Assembly (NCBI GenBank): GCA_009914755.4
Contig: CP068257.2
Span: 31,872,001 to 31,936,000 of the forward strand
Length of the DNA: 64,000 nucleotides
DNA from: the human T2T-CHM13v2.0 reference genome, Homo sapiens
Direction of reading: 5' to 3'
A program made the position numbers and the translations under genes. The notes under the pieces were generated by a model. It was not told the origin of the DNA, searched no databases, and saw only the letters and a program-made list of their open reading frames with translations. How positions within the stretch are numbered: position 1 is the first letter of the stretch; each line of letters begins with the position of its first letter. Positions 36,314 through 52,419 of the stretch are shown here, piece by piece.

Positions 36314-37076
36314 GTAAAGGAACTTCTTTTCATCACAGTTATTCAATTAAAGCTGCTTCTTTTTTTCTTTTTCGATTTTTTTTTTTTAACCAGATCATGA
36401 GACTTAAGTTTCTTTCTTTTCAGTATAACCAATATGATCAGTACAATGCAAAACATAAGTAATCTTTTCACTATTATAACACTTGTATGATTTTAAGACA
36501 AACTTGGCTTAAATTAAGTTTTGGGGTCAGCCCCAAATTCCTGCCCCTTCACTGTATTTTGAATTATTTTTAAACTCTCAGATACAGCTTTATAGTTAAA
36601 ACATTATTAGACTATATATTCTAAATTCTAAAGTGACCAAAGGGGACAGTTTATGTAAAGATAACACTTTTTCTTAATTTTTAGAAAACCATTCTTTCAT
36701 CTCCTGGTGGTCTTCTTTTTCCGTCTCTATTTCTTTTGTTAGCATCCTATTTGGTAGTTTGTTAATATACATCTTCCCTGAGTGTTTTTACAACACAAAG
36801 CCATTTAGTGATTCTGAATGGCTACTCTGCCTGCCAGTACTGGTAAAACTCAATATTGCTCTGGCAGAACTATTATACACTTGTTACTTCAATCTTAGGG
36901 AAATTTTACCAATGCAAGGGATCTTGGTTCTGGCCCATTTCTTTCTTTGTCCATATTCAAAAGGAATCAATTCTTAACTGCCTGCCTAGCTGCCATGCGT
37001 GGGATTCATAAGGCAATGGACTTGGTGTCTGGGCAAGACAGTTTATGGGGTTGTTGAATTAAATACACTACTGGAG

Positions 37077-37363
37077 GCTGGGCATGGTGGCTCAGACCTG
37101 TAATCCCAATACTTGAGGAGGATGAGGTAGGCGGATCACTTGAGGTCAGGAGTTCGAGACCAGCCGGGCCAACATGGTGAAACCCCATCTCTACTAAAAA
37201 TACAGAAATTAGCTGGGCCTGGTAGCATACACCTGTAATCCAGTTACTTGGGAGGCTGAGTCAGAAGAATCGCTTGAACCCAGGAGGAGGTTACAGTGAG
37301 CCGAGATCGTGCCACTGCAATCCAGCCTGGGTGACAGAGCTAGAGTCTATCTCGAAAAAAAAA
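37077..37363 (+). mobile_element. Alu SINE
   Basis: ggctgggcatggtggctcagacctg... Confidence 0.9.
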
Positions 37364-38005
37364 GGAAACCCCCCAAATACACTACTGGAGCACGGAGAGT
37401 GGCCAAACTATAGGCTGCTAGGGGTCACAGAGGTCTGCCTTTGGACTTACGGCACTGGAACTTAGATTTAACATCATTTAACGAGATGTTTCACCTACTT
37501 TATATAAAGAGAGAGAGAAAAAAAAGAGAAGGATAAACTTTGAAACTGTTTGAATTTTGCCATCCAAGTGACTATGGGGTGCACTGTAAACTGGGGGTCA
37601 AACCACACAAAACTGTATGCATTTGTGATAATTCAGAGTCCTCACCTCTAAAATATATCTTATTGATATACTTTGTACTAATGTTCCTCTGACTCTCAGA
37701 GAATCTCATTATTACCCTGGCTCTAGGCAGGTGGAAGTGGAAGGCTGCACTGGGTGACACTCGGGAGATGTGGTTCTGCCACTTATGTCTTCCTTGCACA
37801 GGAAGGGAAATCAACGGTTCTCTGAATACAGTAATTGCGGATATTTGAACACACATATCCAATAAGCAACATGGTTAAGACCCTCTGAAAGGTTTCTGAT
37901 GGCTTCACACTCTTATCGAGAGCAAGCCTTAGTGTGAGAGGGGGGTCTGCTGTGGTGCTGGCACTTGTCACGTTGTACTCCAACCTCTTGCTCCCTGACA
38001 CTCAC

Positions 38006-38174
38006 CTGTTATCTCTACACCCTTGGTGTAGTCTCCAGGATAACCTTTACTTGCCATGACAACAGTTAGGGCGGTGTGGTTTTCTAGCCAAACAGGCAGA
38101 GATGTGCAGAGCAGTCCATCTAAGGTGGACTGAATCACTTCATAAAGATCACTTTTAAGAAGTGGGAGGATTAC
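38006..38174 (-). CDS. GART: GART exon 10 (VILPLLKSDLYEVIQSTLDGLLCTSLPVWLENHTALTVVMASKGYPGDYTKGVEIT|G)
   Basis: Track ORF 37968-38195 (-). Acceptor tttttccag|GTA at 38176-38175, donor ACA G|gtgagtgtc at 38005-38000. Confidence 0.9.
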
Positions 38175-38309
38175 CTGGAAAAACATAATCCACATGGCAG
38201 GTGGGATAAATTTTAGTTTTCCTTAAACATTTTATTCACTGGTGTACTAGCAGAACTTGCATGAATTTCCCAAAGGTAATTACTTCCAGGCTGATAAATT
38301 CCAAGATTA

Positions 38310-38504
<195 letters not shown>

Positions 38505-38688
38505 TTACAAATATAAAATCTACTACATAAACTTCTAATAATCAAAGTTTTGGAAAAATCATAAACATTTAAAAAATGGTCCATTAAAAAGTGGTAAAAA
38601 AAAAAAAAAAAGGGAATGGAAAATAAGTTTTATCAAAAGTAGAAAGTTACTCTATAGGTGGCTTCCATAGTAATGTGGGTGGGCCTAC

Positions 38689-38776
38689 CTGTATATGGAG
38701 TACCCTCTTGCTGCATGCCATCCACTGTCCTCTGAAGAACAGTATCTTTAATTTTTAGTAATAGATCATTAGAAAC
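38689..38776 (-). CDS. GART: GART exon 8 (VSNDLLLKIKDTVLQRTVDGMQQEGTPYT|G)
   Basis: Manual translation. Acceptor ccag|GTT at 38779-38777, donor ACA G|gtaggccc at 38688-38687. Confidence 0.88.
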
Positions 38777-39288
38777 CTGGAGAACGTGCAGAAACAGTTA
38801 AATGTAACAGGTAACTTAAAAAGTCTAAGTAGTATTACATGGGACAACAGAAGGGGATGATGAGGATAACTCATTTTTTTACTACCTGAAACATGCTGAA
38901 CACTTTGAACTTGAAAGATTTAAACTTTCTCAATCCTCACAATGACTCTGTCAAGTAGGTATTTTAGCTTTATGATTTTCAAAAAATACACTCTTAAAAG
39001 AACTAGCCAAAAATAACTTCCCGAAACGTAATAGAAATGAAACAAGTTCTCTCCTACCCTAAGGCTTCTTTGTACTCTTCCCAGTATACGCTGCATATTT
39101 CATAAGTCTATATATGTAAGATTCTGGGTTTATGAATTTAATTGTAAAAATTAGACCCAGATATAGTTCTTAGAATACACTATTACCAAATGGTAGTTTT
39201 AATACAAGTGTTTGGATTACAGGTGTGAACCACTGTGCCTGGCCTACACTTATGAAGTCTTTTAAAAAAAATGAAGTTTATGTTTAAT

Positions 39289-39628
<340 letters not shown>

Positions 39629-39711
39629 TAAAGGGGCACTACATTAGCACAAACATTATGACTATCTTCAATGAAAAGAATAGGTGAGTTTTCGGATTGT
39701 TAACCTACTTA

Positions 39712-40086
<375 letters not shown>

Positions 40087-40109
40087 TTATGAAGTAGAAA
40101 GATCAGAAC

Positions 40110-40262
40110 AAATTCTGATCTGACTTGGTTCTCAATTCATATCACACACACACAAGAAATTCTGATCTGACTTGGTTCTCAATTCATATCACACGCACAC
40201 TAGAAATTCTGATGTGACTTGGTTCTCAATTCATATCACACACACACACAGATACACACAGA
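40110..40262. repeat. Tandem repeat, 3 copies of a roughly 47-bp unit with a (CA)n core, in GART intron 7
   Basis: aaattctgatctgacttggttctcaattcatatcacacacacacaag, then two close variants. Confidence 0.9.
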
Positions 40263-40567
40263 CAACACTTTTGTGCTGAACCACGGATATCCAAAGATGA
40301 ATCCAAGACCACGACAGGCTCCCATGTGTTAAAAATTGGCTGCAGAGAGGAGGGAATAGGAGGATCTATTCAACCCATACTATACTTTAGATTGGCTTAT
40401 TTTAGTTCTTCAAAAAAGGCTTTTAGGAAAAGTTAGTTTTAGAGACCAGAAAAGATACTCCTCATTTAATTGCTGATTAGTAACATAATTCATAGCAACA
40501 AACAAACAGAAAACAAAACAAAATAGAAAGTATCATCTAAGAGTTCTCTGAGAAAACCAAACTACTA

Positions 40568-40723
<156 letters not shown>

Positions 40724-41327
40724 CTATAAAGAAAACAAAATAGTCCATTTATGTTAACTGTCAAAAACTAAAAAAAAAAATTTAGTGAGGCAAACTATAT
40801 GTCCCTTAATTCTTCTTTGAGGAAAAGTTTGTTTTTTTTTTTGCAGAGAAATGAACCGAAACGTCAATAACATTAAGCTACATACATCAAGAATCATAAT
40901 GTACTCAACTTCTGAAGGATTTGTAATTTTTGAGGGAAGTCAGAAAAAATCAAGCTACTCTCAAAGTAAAAGATTTCAACCTTTCCCCCACTTTAAGCTT
41001 CCAGGCATTAAAACTTGGTTTAAGGTGACTTTATTTATTGTGCAATAAACTGTATATGAAAGAAAAAGCATGAATGCTTGAATTAATCCAGAACCTCAAT
41101 AGTGTGTAAGTCCAAGTGCCCCCACTAACACACTAGGGATGACTAACAGAGGATCGATTATTTTTTCATTTGCACCCCCAACAATAAAAGTATACAAATT
41201 CCTTTGTAACTGCTGGGTTTATGTTTTTAGATGAAGCAACCAGAGTATATCAAGTCTTTTCTGGGGTACACAGGTCAGATGACAGCTTCTTATACACTAC
41301 AAAAGCCAAAAAGATGAATATACATAC

Positions 41328-41396
41328 CGACACCTCTTCTCCGTCAAGAAGTTCTTCAATGACAATTGTTTCTCCAGCTGCCCCAAAGGCTTTCTC
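41328..41396 (-). CDS. GART: GART exon 6 (EKAFGAAGETIVIEELLDGEEVS)
   Basis: Manual translation. Acceptor aatcag|GAG at 41398-41397, donor TCG|gtatgtat at 41327-41322. Confidence 0.88.
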
Positions 41397-42183
41397 CTGA
41401 TTGTAAGATTTTTTTTTTTTTTTTTTTTAAAAAAAGAGGCTTGGTAAGTTTTTGATACTTAGTTGACTTTTAGCATTATCCAGCATTTGTATTATGAACC
41501 AGTGAGTACTGTAATTTTTCTTTCCCTTTCAGAAAGACTCAAAGGGAACATATAAATGTTTCCTATTTTTAATGTGGCAATAGTGTAGCTAACACTGGTA
41601 CAGACGGAATAAACACACCTCTAATATTCTCCTGAAGATTTGGTGATCCAGTTTCAAATAAGGTATGGGAAAAACAGATGTTTTCATTATCGCCACTTAA
41701 TCCTTACTTCCGATTATAATTATACATGTTTGGCTGTAATAACTATACTAAAGCATGCTTGTGAAAGTAGACTTCTACAAGGACAGAAAACCCACAACAA
41801 CAAAGATCGATCACGAAAGACAAGGCATATTCATTCATTAATTTACTTCTCTTAGACCCGGGACATGTGGGACAAATACTTTTGTCCTCATGGATGGCTT
41901 GATAATTTATTTATATGTTCTAGAGTCTGAGGATTTTCTTTCAGTGGCAGACAACAAAGGATGTTACAATTTACTTCAAAATAATACAATCATGGTTTAA
42001 TTTACAGTGTAAATCCATAACTATTTTATAGAGATGGATTATAATACATGGGATTATAAAAAATAACTTACCCATATGTTTGCAAAATAGATTTTCCTTA
42101 TTGTGAGGAACATTTTTTAAACTTAAAACGGTATTTATTCAGTATGAATAGAAAAGTAAATTTTTTCAGAAGACCCAGCCTAC

Positions 42184-42295
42184 CTGCATGATCTCTTGTA
42201 CAGCTTTGCAGGCCTCTTCTTTGCTCTTTGCAACAATCACCCCTTTTCCAGCTGCAAGACCACTGGCCTTCACAACCAAAGCAGGGAAGTCTGCA
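42184..42295 (-). CDS. GART: GART exon 5 (S|ADFPALVVKASGLAAGKGVIVAKSKEEACKAVQEIMQ)
   Basis: Manual translation. Acceptor ctgtctttacag|T at 42297-42296, donor CAG|gtaggctgg at 42183-42182. Confidence 0.88.
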
Positions 42296-42995
42296 CTGTA
42301 AAGACAGAGTAATCGTCAACATCCAATAAACCATTACAACTCAAGATTTTAAAATGCTGTGGGATTTTGTAACGATATGCTATAGCAATGACTGAAAAGC
42401 AGAAAGAAAAAAATTAATTATCATTCCAACACATTTTGATGTACTTCCCACCAGGATTTTTTCCCCTACGTATTCCTTTGTAGTTCCAATCATACAGTAC
42501 CTACAATTTTGCTTTTTTCATTTATCATGAGATTACATAGGCAATATCTTTGGAAGAATAAGTAGATGTATAGAGTAGATATGGCATAATCTCTAAGATA
42601 CAAAGTAGCAAATAGTACTCTCATTCAGGTAGAAAATGCGGCTGTATAACAACAGTAAGCATACACAGACCATTTCTGGGAGTACACATATGAAATTATC
42701 AAGTGGGCCTGGGGGTCTGGAAGGAGACTTACCCAAAGTAAGTAACAAAACTGTTACTTGCTCAAGGCATCTGGCTGCTAGGAAATAATAATATTCAGTG
42801 TTTAAGAAACTCTTTAGGATATGAATGAAAAAAAAATGAAACTGACACAACTGAAAGGAAAACATAACCAGGAAGCAGAAGTGCCAACAAAAAAAGGGCA
42901 AATGCATGTGTCTACTAACACTCATTAATTGCTCAATGCTTTCCACATAATAGAGAACAAAGGATGTTTAATTTTGAAATTTAAAATTGCAATAG

Positions 42996-43345
<350 letters not shown>

Positions 43346-43454
43346 ATAGTGGTGGCAGATGACCAAGTGATGATTACTCACTCTGGTTAATTATTTATGA
43401 CAAAAAAAATCAATGTTCTTTATGTTGTAAGATGCCACTGCGTTTGTCAATCTG

Positions 43455-43745
43455 ACCGTGAGGCCTAGTGTTACGGCTCATGCCTGTAATCCCAGCACTT
43501 TGGGAGGCAGAGAGAGGCGGATCTCTTGAGCTTAAGAGTTTGAGACCGGCCTGGGAAACATGGTAAAACTCCGTCTCTACAAAAAATATAAAAACTAGCT
43601 GGGAGTAGTGGTGTGTGCCTATTGTCCCAGCTACTTGGGAGGCTGAGGTGGGAGGATCACTTGAGTCCAGGAAGCAGAGGCTGCTGTGAGCCAAGATCAC
43701 GCCACTGCACTCCAGCCTGGGTGACAGAGAGAGGCCCCGTCTCAG
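43455..43745 (+). mobile_element. Alu SINE (older)
   Basis: ...ggctcatgcctgtaatcccagcactttgggaggcagagagagg... Confidence 0.85.
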
Positions 43746-44067
43746 GTTGGGGGGTGGTGGTGGGGGGCGGGGAACCAAAAACCAAAAACATGGCTGTGAA
43801 GAGCGCACAACTGCAGAACCAAGTGTATTTTTCCCCTGAGGAACTACTCAGATTTTATTAAAAATGTCATCTTCCTGCAAGGCCACAAGATCATATAAAC
43901 TCTGTATGCATAGGATCCCATTTTATTTTGGTTCTGGAAAACGACAACCCACATAATATTTATTGAGAAAGTTTTTTCCTTAATTATCTTACTACATCTT
44001 GAGACAGCCTAAAGACCTAGCATTACATTTTCAACACAGAAGTGACCTGTATATTTATTTAATTTTT

Positions 44068-44352
44068 TTGAGACAGGGTCTCACTCTGTCACCCAGGCTG
44101 CAGTGCAGTGGCACAATCTTGGCTCAGTGCAGCCTCCGCCTCCTGGGTTCAAGTGATCCTCCCACCTTGGCCTTTAGAGGAGCTGGGACTACAGGTGCAC
44201 ACCATCATGCCCGGCTTTTTTTTTTCTGTATTTTTTGTAGAGACAGGGTTTTACCATGGTACCCAGGCTGGTCTCTAACTCCTGAGCTCAAGTGATTCAC
44301 CTGCCTTGGCCTCCCAAAGTGCTGGGATTACAGGTGAGCTACTGTGCCTGGC
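44068..44352 (-). mobile_element. Alu SINE; its end lies about 65 bp downstream of the exon-4 donor in transcript sense
   Basis: ttttttgagacagggtctcactctgtcacccagg...gagctactgtgcctggcc. Confidence 0.9.
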
Positions 44353-44417
44353 CACTGACCTGTGTATTTAAATATCAAAACTAAACAACTGTCCTTCACA
44401 GACAACCATTTACCTAC

Positions 44418-44592
44418 CTCAAAATGAAGCTGCAGGCTTCTTCAGGTTTGGTGAAAGCCTTCCATTGTGCGGTTGGGATTCCATGTCTGTCCATAAACTC
44501 TTTGGCAAACCTTTTGCTGGACTCTAACTGAGCCGCTTCTGCTGTTGGGCCAAAGCATTGCACTCCTGCAGACCTCAGGTTCCCAACAATCC
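44418..44592 (-). CDS. GART: GART exon 4 (G|IVGNLRSAGVQCFGPTAEAAQLESSKRFAKEFMDRHGIPTAQWKAFTKPEEACSFIL|S)
   Basis: Track ORF 44414-44626 (-). Acceptor catcaatag|GG at 44594-44593, donor TTG AG|gtaggtaaa at 44417-44416. Confidence 0.9.
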
Positions 44593-45063
44593 CTATTGAT
44601 GAAAACAGTAGCCTTAGGTGAACCAAGGTCTCCCCAGGGGCTTTTCAGCCTGAAGACGAATTAGTATCAGACTATATCTACATCTAGACAAGGCAGATGA
44701 CTGGTGGCAGAGGATAACTAACTTTTTCATGTTGTCTACTGGATAGAGATAAAATGCTATTAACATGTTATTCAAATCTATCAAAAGTTGTTATATTTGC
44801 ATATATGGATTATTAAACACACACCAGAATACAGCAGAATAAAGACATATAAAATGTTTTCCATGGCTGCAAATTTGATCTCTAACTCATCATATAACTG
44901 ATGCTTGGGAAAAAAAATCTAGACTCCATAAATTTCGAGAGTGGAAGCTCTTTTTCCAAGATAATATTACAAATTCTCATCTGTAAAATGAATTGGATTA
45001 GATGATCCCTAAGCTTCTGTTTGCACTGAATATACTGTAACAATAAACAGAAACAAACTTTAC

Positions 45064-45159
45064 CAGCAGCCAGAGGTGCTTCTGGTCCAACAACTACAAA
45101 TTCAATTTTCTTCTCTTTGCAGAATTGAGCAAGGGCAGTGTGGTCACTGATTGAGATGG
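45064..45159 (-). CDS. GART: GART exon 3 (A|ISISDHTALAQFCKEKKIEFVVVGPEAPLAA|G)
   Basis: Track ORF 44882-45190 (-). Acceptor ctgtttacag|CC at 45161-45160, donor GCT G|gtaaag at 45063-45062. Confidence 0.9.
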
Positions 45160-45580
45160 CTGTAAACAGAAAAAAAAAAAAAAAAACCACTGCATTTACA
45201 AAAACATTCCACTTAAGTAAACTAAGTGTCTCACTAAAAAAACTAAGTTCTATACTTTAGTATGCTTGTTATCTGTTGGTTTTCTTATATTGGCAGAGAT
45301 GACAGTTTCAACATGTGAAATTCAGAGGAGAGTGCATTAGGCTAACCAACAGAGCTCAGTTCTCCGTTATCATTGTAGACAGATGAAAACACCAATAAAC
45401 TTCCCAAAGAGCCATAAAGTATCACCTCCATGATATTGTTCACGTCACTAATATTGACTGTATATTAAACAAAAAACGTAAGATATACTCAGAAATTGGT
45501 CTTTTAATGTCAATCAATCAATTGTACTGAAAATCCACTATGTGCTAAGTACTGTCCTCAGCACTGGTATTAAGATGTCA

Positions 45581-46078
<498 letters not shown>

Positions 46079-47802
46079 TCAATGACGCTTTTAAGAGGAA
46101 CCTGTCTTCTCCAACCTGCAAGTCAGGTAAATTTTCTTCTGTGGAGTTCTAAGTAACTAGTGGTAGGATCAACCACATACTGAACATGGTTTGGCTCCAT
46201 AGGGGCTCTCCTGCTTCACTGTGCCTGGACCACCATTCGTTAAGTCAGCTGAAGTGTGCAATCACTCTGCCATTGGTACAGAGTACAAGAAGTGATATTT
46301 GTGATGTACAGTTGTCCCTCTTTATCCTTAGAGGACACATTCTAAGATCCCTAGTGGATGCCTGAAACCACAGTGCTGAACGCTATATATATAGTATGTT
46401 TTTTCCTATACATAAACACCTATGATAAAGTTTAATTTACAAATTAGGCACAGTAAGAGATTAACTATCACTAATACTAAAATAGAACAATTATAACTAT
46501 ATGCCAGCATCAGCTTTGGGGCCATTATTAAGTAAAACAGGGTTACCTGAACACATGCACTGAGATAATATGATAGTCAATCTGATAACCAACAGGGCTA
46601 GTAAGTAACAACATGGATATGCTGGACAAAAAGATTCACGTCTCAGGTTGGACGGCACAAAATTTCATCATGCTATGCTAGACTGGTGTGCAATGTAAAA
46701 TTTATGAATTATTTCTGAAATTTTCCATTTAATATTTTGGACTACAGCTGACTGTGGGTAACTGAAACTGTGGAAAGTAAAATTGTGGATAGGCTGGTGA
46801 CTACTGTATAGGGTCCAAGTCCAGAAAAGGTAGGGTCCTCAATCTGCAGCAACTGCCTGAATGTGATTAGGATGGAGTACCACGCACTGTGGGTTAGTGG
46901 TTCTGAACACAACTAGGCTGAGCAGCGTCAACTATATCAGTATAGCAGAGGGCAACAAGAGGAAGAGGTCTCTTTAGTAGTCTTACAAGACTACTTGTAG
47001 TAGTCTCATGATGATCTTAAGAGATTTTGATGGGCTTGCCTGTATGACCTCAATCGCAGATAAACTGTCCTAGTTCTCTAATAAACAAATATCTCACCCG
47101 TAGAATTAAGATCCCAGAAAAGGAGGTATTTGCTAATTTGTATTATTCCTTTTGGTCTTATATACATGCCACTATCTTCTCCCAGTTTGTGGCTTGTTGG
47201 GTCCATGCTCTTCTTTCCATAAATATTATGTGCCACATAGGGAACTAAGCACTGTGCACACCATGCAAAACAAGACAGACAAGTTCCTTGCCCTCATGGA
47301 GCTTACATTCTACTAGAGATTATATTCTAGTGGAGGAAAAGAACATAGAAGACAGACAATAGTGAAGTAAAAATAAACACAGACATTCATGATCATAAAC
47401 AAATGAAATGGGGATGGACACTTGCTTTTAGTAAGAAACTGTAGGAGAGATATAATTAAGGAGGCTAACATTTAAGTGGAGCTCTGAATAATGAGGAGAC
47501 AGTCATAGTAAGGGGTGGGAACAAATATAAAGTCCAAAGCAGCAAGCTTCTGCTTGGGAAATTGGTAGGACAGCATGGATAGGGTATAGTGAAAAGAGAA
47601 AAAGGGATATAAAAGATCAGGCTGGAAGAGCAGGCAGAAGACAGACTGCACAAAGGGCTTTGAAAGGCATGGTAAGGAATTTGAGTTTTATTCTGAGTAT
47701 TATTAGAATACTGAGGAGTTTCTGAAGCCACTGACAAGCTTAATGTAGTATATGAACTGACCATTTTTTCATTTTTGCCAATTGAGAGATAAGGGTGGAG
47801 GC

Positions 47803-48101
47803 TGGGCACGGTGGCTCATGCCTGTAATCCCAGCACTTTGGGAGGCTGAGGCGGGCAGATCACCTGAGGTCAGGAGTTTGAGACCAGCCTGACCAACATA
47901 GTGAAACCCGGTCTCTACTAAAAAAACAAAAAATTAGCTGGGTGTGGCGGCATGCACCTGTAGTACCAGCTACTCGGGAGGCTGAGGCAGAAGAATCGCT
48001 TTAACTCAGGAGCCAGAGGTTGCAGTGAGCTGAGATCACGCTACTGCACTCCAGTATGGGTGAGAGTGAGACTCTGTCTCAAAAAAAAAAAAAAAAAAAA
48101 A
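47803..48101 (+). mobile_element. Alu SINE
   Basis: ggctgggcacggtggctcatgcctg...poly(A). Confidence 0.9.
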
Positions 48102-48159
48102 GTCAGAGAGAGATAAGGGTTGAGATCTATTAGAGTAACAACTGTTAAAAACTTTGTTT

Positions 48160-48372
48160 TGTGAGACAGGTTCTCATCTTACTCTGTTGCCCAAGTAGCT
48201 GGCACTACAGATGTGCACCACCATGCCTGGCTAATTTTTGTATTTTTTTTTTGTAGAGATCGGGTCTCACTACATTGCCCTGGCTAGTCTCAAACTGCTG
48301 GGCTCAAGAGATCCTTCTGCCTTGGCTTCCCAAAGTGCTGGGATTGTAAGCGTGAGCCACTGCACGTGGCCG
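48160..48372 (-). mobile_element. Alu SINE (partial, with an internal deletion)
   Basis: ttgtgagacaggttctcatcttactctgttgcccaagtagctgg... Confidence 0.75.
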
Positions 48373-48610
48373 CAAGTTGTATTTAATAGCAATACTAAAC
48401 TTTCCATTTACAAAAATACACAACAAAATGCCTTTAATCTGTATTAGGCACTTACTACTTTTCCAATGGATGTGTTTTATCAGGTTTAAAACAGTTTAAG
48501 ATAAGGAAATGCCATATTCTGAACAATAGGTTACCTTAAGTTTATAACATATTGGCAAGCATTCAAATTACCAAATAAATTTTAAGGTCAAGGAAAGCAC
48601 TCAACCCTGA

Positions 48611-48918
<308 letters not shown>

Positions 48919-48965
48919 TATCTTTATTAACATAAAGTACAGATATGGTTGACAGCATACCATTA

Positions 48966-49223
<258 letters not shown>

Positions 49224-49251
49224 TTAGGATGCACATTTTAGAAACCCAGGG

Positions 49252-49541
49252 ACGGGCACAGTGGCTCATGCCTGTACCCCCAGCATTTTGGGAGGCCGAG
49301 GCAGGTGGATCACTTGAGGTCAGGAGTTTGAGACCAGCCTTGGCCAACATGGCAAAACCTCATCTCTACTAAAATACAAAAATTAGCCAGGCATGGTGGC
49401 GGGTGCCTGTAATCCCAGGTACTCAGGAGGCCAAGGCAGGAGAATTGCTTGAACCTGGTAGGAGGAGATCGCAGTGAGCCAGGATCACGTCACTACACTC
49501 TAGCCTGGGAAACAGAGCAAGACCATCTCAAAAAAAAAAAA
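49252..49541 (+). mobile_element. Alu SINE, antisense to GART, about 90 bp upstream (transcript sense) of the exon-2 acceptor
   Basis: gacgggcacagtggctcatgcctg...poly(A). Confidence 0.9.
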
Positions 49542-50994
49542 GAAATCCAGATTTGTAAATATAATTTAAGTAATCATTTGTACTCATACAAATGACATTT
49601 TCATCCAATGATTCATTTTTGAAAAACTGGGATTCATAATTTGAGAAATATGACTGTCGTCATAAGCATAAGGGAGGTATTTCAAAAAGAAGGCAGGCTG
49701 GCCTAGAGAGCTAGGTTAAGGAGTCAAACGATGACTCTCAGCTCCTTATGTGATAATCTCCCTTCTCTGGGCTTCACTTCAAAAAGATTTAATAATCATC
49801 ATGCCTTAGTTATGAAATGAATCTTGTTTTAGACTCAAAATGTATTATAAAATATCAATTTTTAAACCTTGAAATCTTACAGATAATTAGGTTATCATAA
49901 ATTAAAGGATATACTGAAAACTGGGGTAAGCAAACTTTACACAAAAAGGGCCACATAGTTCTGTCAAAACTACTCGACTCGGCCACCTTAGCAGGAAAGC
50001 AACCAAAGATAATACGAAGATGAATCAATGTGCCAATGTCCAGAAAAATTTAATGGACCCATAAACAGGCAGTGGGTCAGAGATCACTGTTGCCTATCAG
50101 TACTTTAAGTAGCAGGAAACCATCAAAGGTTTGTAACAAATAAACGTGACTCGCTTTCAATAAAACTTTATGTACGGATACTATAATTTGAATTTCATAA
50201 AATTTTCACATGTCACAAAAACCTCATTTATTTCCTGTTCTTTTTCTCAATCATTCATATTTGGTGAGCTGTACAAAAGCAGGCAGCAGAAGGATTTGGT
50301 ATGTGGGCCATAGTTTGCTGACTCCTAATTCAAATAGCGCAATATGCTAGAATATTGGTAGAGAAGGCAAAAATCAAATTCCAACTCATTTCACTTTAGT
50401 TCTGGCACCTGAGACTTAGAAGGATGGATACAACAGCAGTGTAACCTAGGAGATTAACTGAAATGACATTTATAAATAAGTACAATCTGGCACTCAGCAG
50501 TAGTAAATGTTAACTTGTTACATTTACTTACCACAAGACAAACTGGTAACAGGAAAAAGAAAATTGAAAACTTATTTTGATGATGTTGGGATTACATATT
50601 TTAAGAAAAATGTAAGCTGACAATATACAAAACTAACATTTTTTTGAGCACTTAACCTTGGGCAGGGTACTATTTAAAATGCTTGTCATGAAAGAATCCT
50701 ATGAGGGAGATACTATTACTATCACCAATTTGCAGATAAGACAAGGAGGCCCAGATAGGTAAATAACTTGCTGGAGGTCACACAGGTAAGAGGGGGTGGA
50801 GCCTAACAGAAGCAATTTTGCTTCAGATTCTCTCAACAAGTGAAACGATGATCATTGAAAATTTGAGAAAGGAAAAAAAAAAACCCTGTTAAATTACAGT
50901 CTCGGAAGGAACAGCTACTTTAGTGTAACGGGAAAACACATTTTACTTGCCATGTGTATCTGAAATAAACAGATTTTTTATTTTATTTATTTAT

Positions 50995-51272
50995 TTATTT
51001 GTTTAGACAGTCTCTCTCTGTCGCCCAGGCTGGAGGGCAGTGGTGTGATCTCAGCTCACTACAACCTCCGCCTCCCGGGTTCAAGCGATTCTCTTGCCTC
51101 ACAGCCTCCCAAGTAGCTGGGATTACGGGCGTGCGCCGCCACGCCAGGCGAATTTTTGTATTTTTAGTAGCGACGGGGTTTCACTACGTTGGCCAGGCTG
51201 GTCTCGAACTCCTGACCTCCAATGGTCAACCCACCTTGGCCTCCCAAGTGCTGGGATTACATCACATCCGGC
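50995..51272 (-). mobile_element. Alu SINE (with an internal deletion)
   Basis: gtttagacagtctctctctgtcgcccagg... Confidence 0.85.
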
Positions 51273-52419
51273 CAGAAATAAACAGATCTTTAAATCTAGA
51301 GCAAATGTTACATCTTTAGTTTGAATATAGCAGTAGTGTGGGAAAATTCTGTTTACTCTAGTGGATCACTGAAAATAGCCTTACTACCCAGTGGTGAGGA
51401 CGCCTGGGCTCCTGAGTCTCACACAGCGCCTTGGCCTGGGTAGAGACGCTGCCCCATACTAGCAGGAAGACCTTGGGGGACTTCACTAACCTTGGGCCTC
51501 ATTCCTCAGAATGGGTAACATAAGCAGAATAAGACAGGCAAATAAAGCCGTATCAGAGGATATGGAGAATAAAGTAGAAACCAACTACAAAATTAACCAA
51601 GTAATCTGCCAGAGACAACGGGTGCATAAAGAGAAAGTACACCAATTTAGGGTTATGTCCTAAAAATGTATAAAGACACAAAAAGGCCTTGACATCTTAG
51701 AAAACAGGAAAAGTAAAAGAGCAAATAGAAACCAGCTAACAGTAGCAAGTGAAAAGCACATGGCCAACCCCCACCCACCGCATTTACAAACAACAGGAAA
51801 ATTTCTACAAATCAGTTTCTATGGTTTCACTCAGTTCGCGATCTTAAATCCCCAAACCAAAGCCTAAGCGCGCTCCGTGTAAAAGCGGAGGGGGTTTACG
51901 CACCGACACCGGGTGGCCACCTGGTTCCCGCTTGCCCGCTCGCCGGAAGTCGGCCCACCGGGACCGGCGCGGGACCAGCGCGGCACCGCCCCTCACTGCC
52001 CCGCCCTACGACGGCTTCCCTGCCCCATTGGTCCGCGCGGCCCTGGGTCTCCGCGGCGAGAATCTAGTCTGATTCCCTCCCGCCCTGGGCGCTGCCTGAC
52101 TGCTCCCCAGCCGAGACACCCAAGCCTTAGCACGTTTATAATGTGACAGTGGTACGGGGTGCCACGCAGTGTTTCCAGGAGCGCCGGGGGGGAGCGCCAA
52201 AATGCTAAACCCATTCTTAGCCAATTGTGCGCCGCTCACGAGTCAGAGCTGAGCAGCTACCGCGGAAAAATCTCGTGACACGCCTGACTCCTGATGAGAC
52301 TAAAATGCACCGGGCTTTGAATGCCGGTCGCTTAGGACATCCGGCCTATTGCTAAAAAAAAAAATGAGGCTGGTTATAGAACGCACTGGGGAAGACACAG
52401 GGCAACAGCGAGTTCCTCC

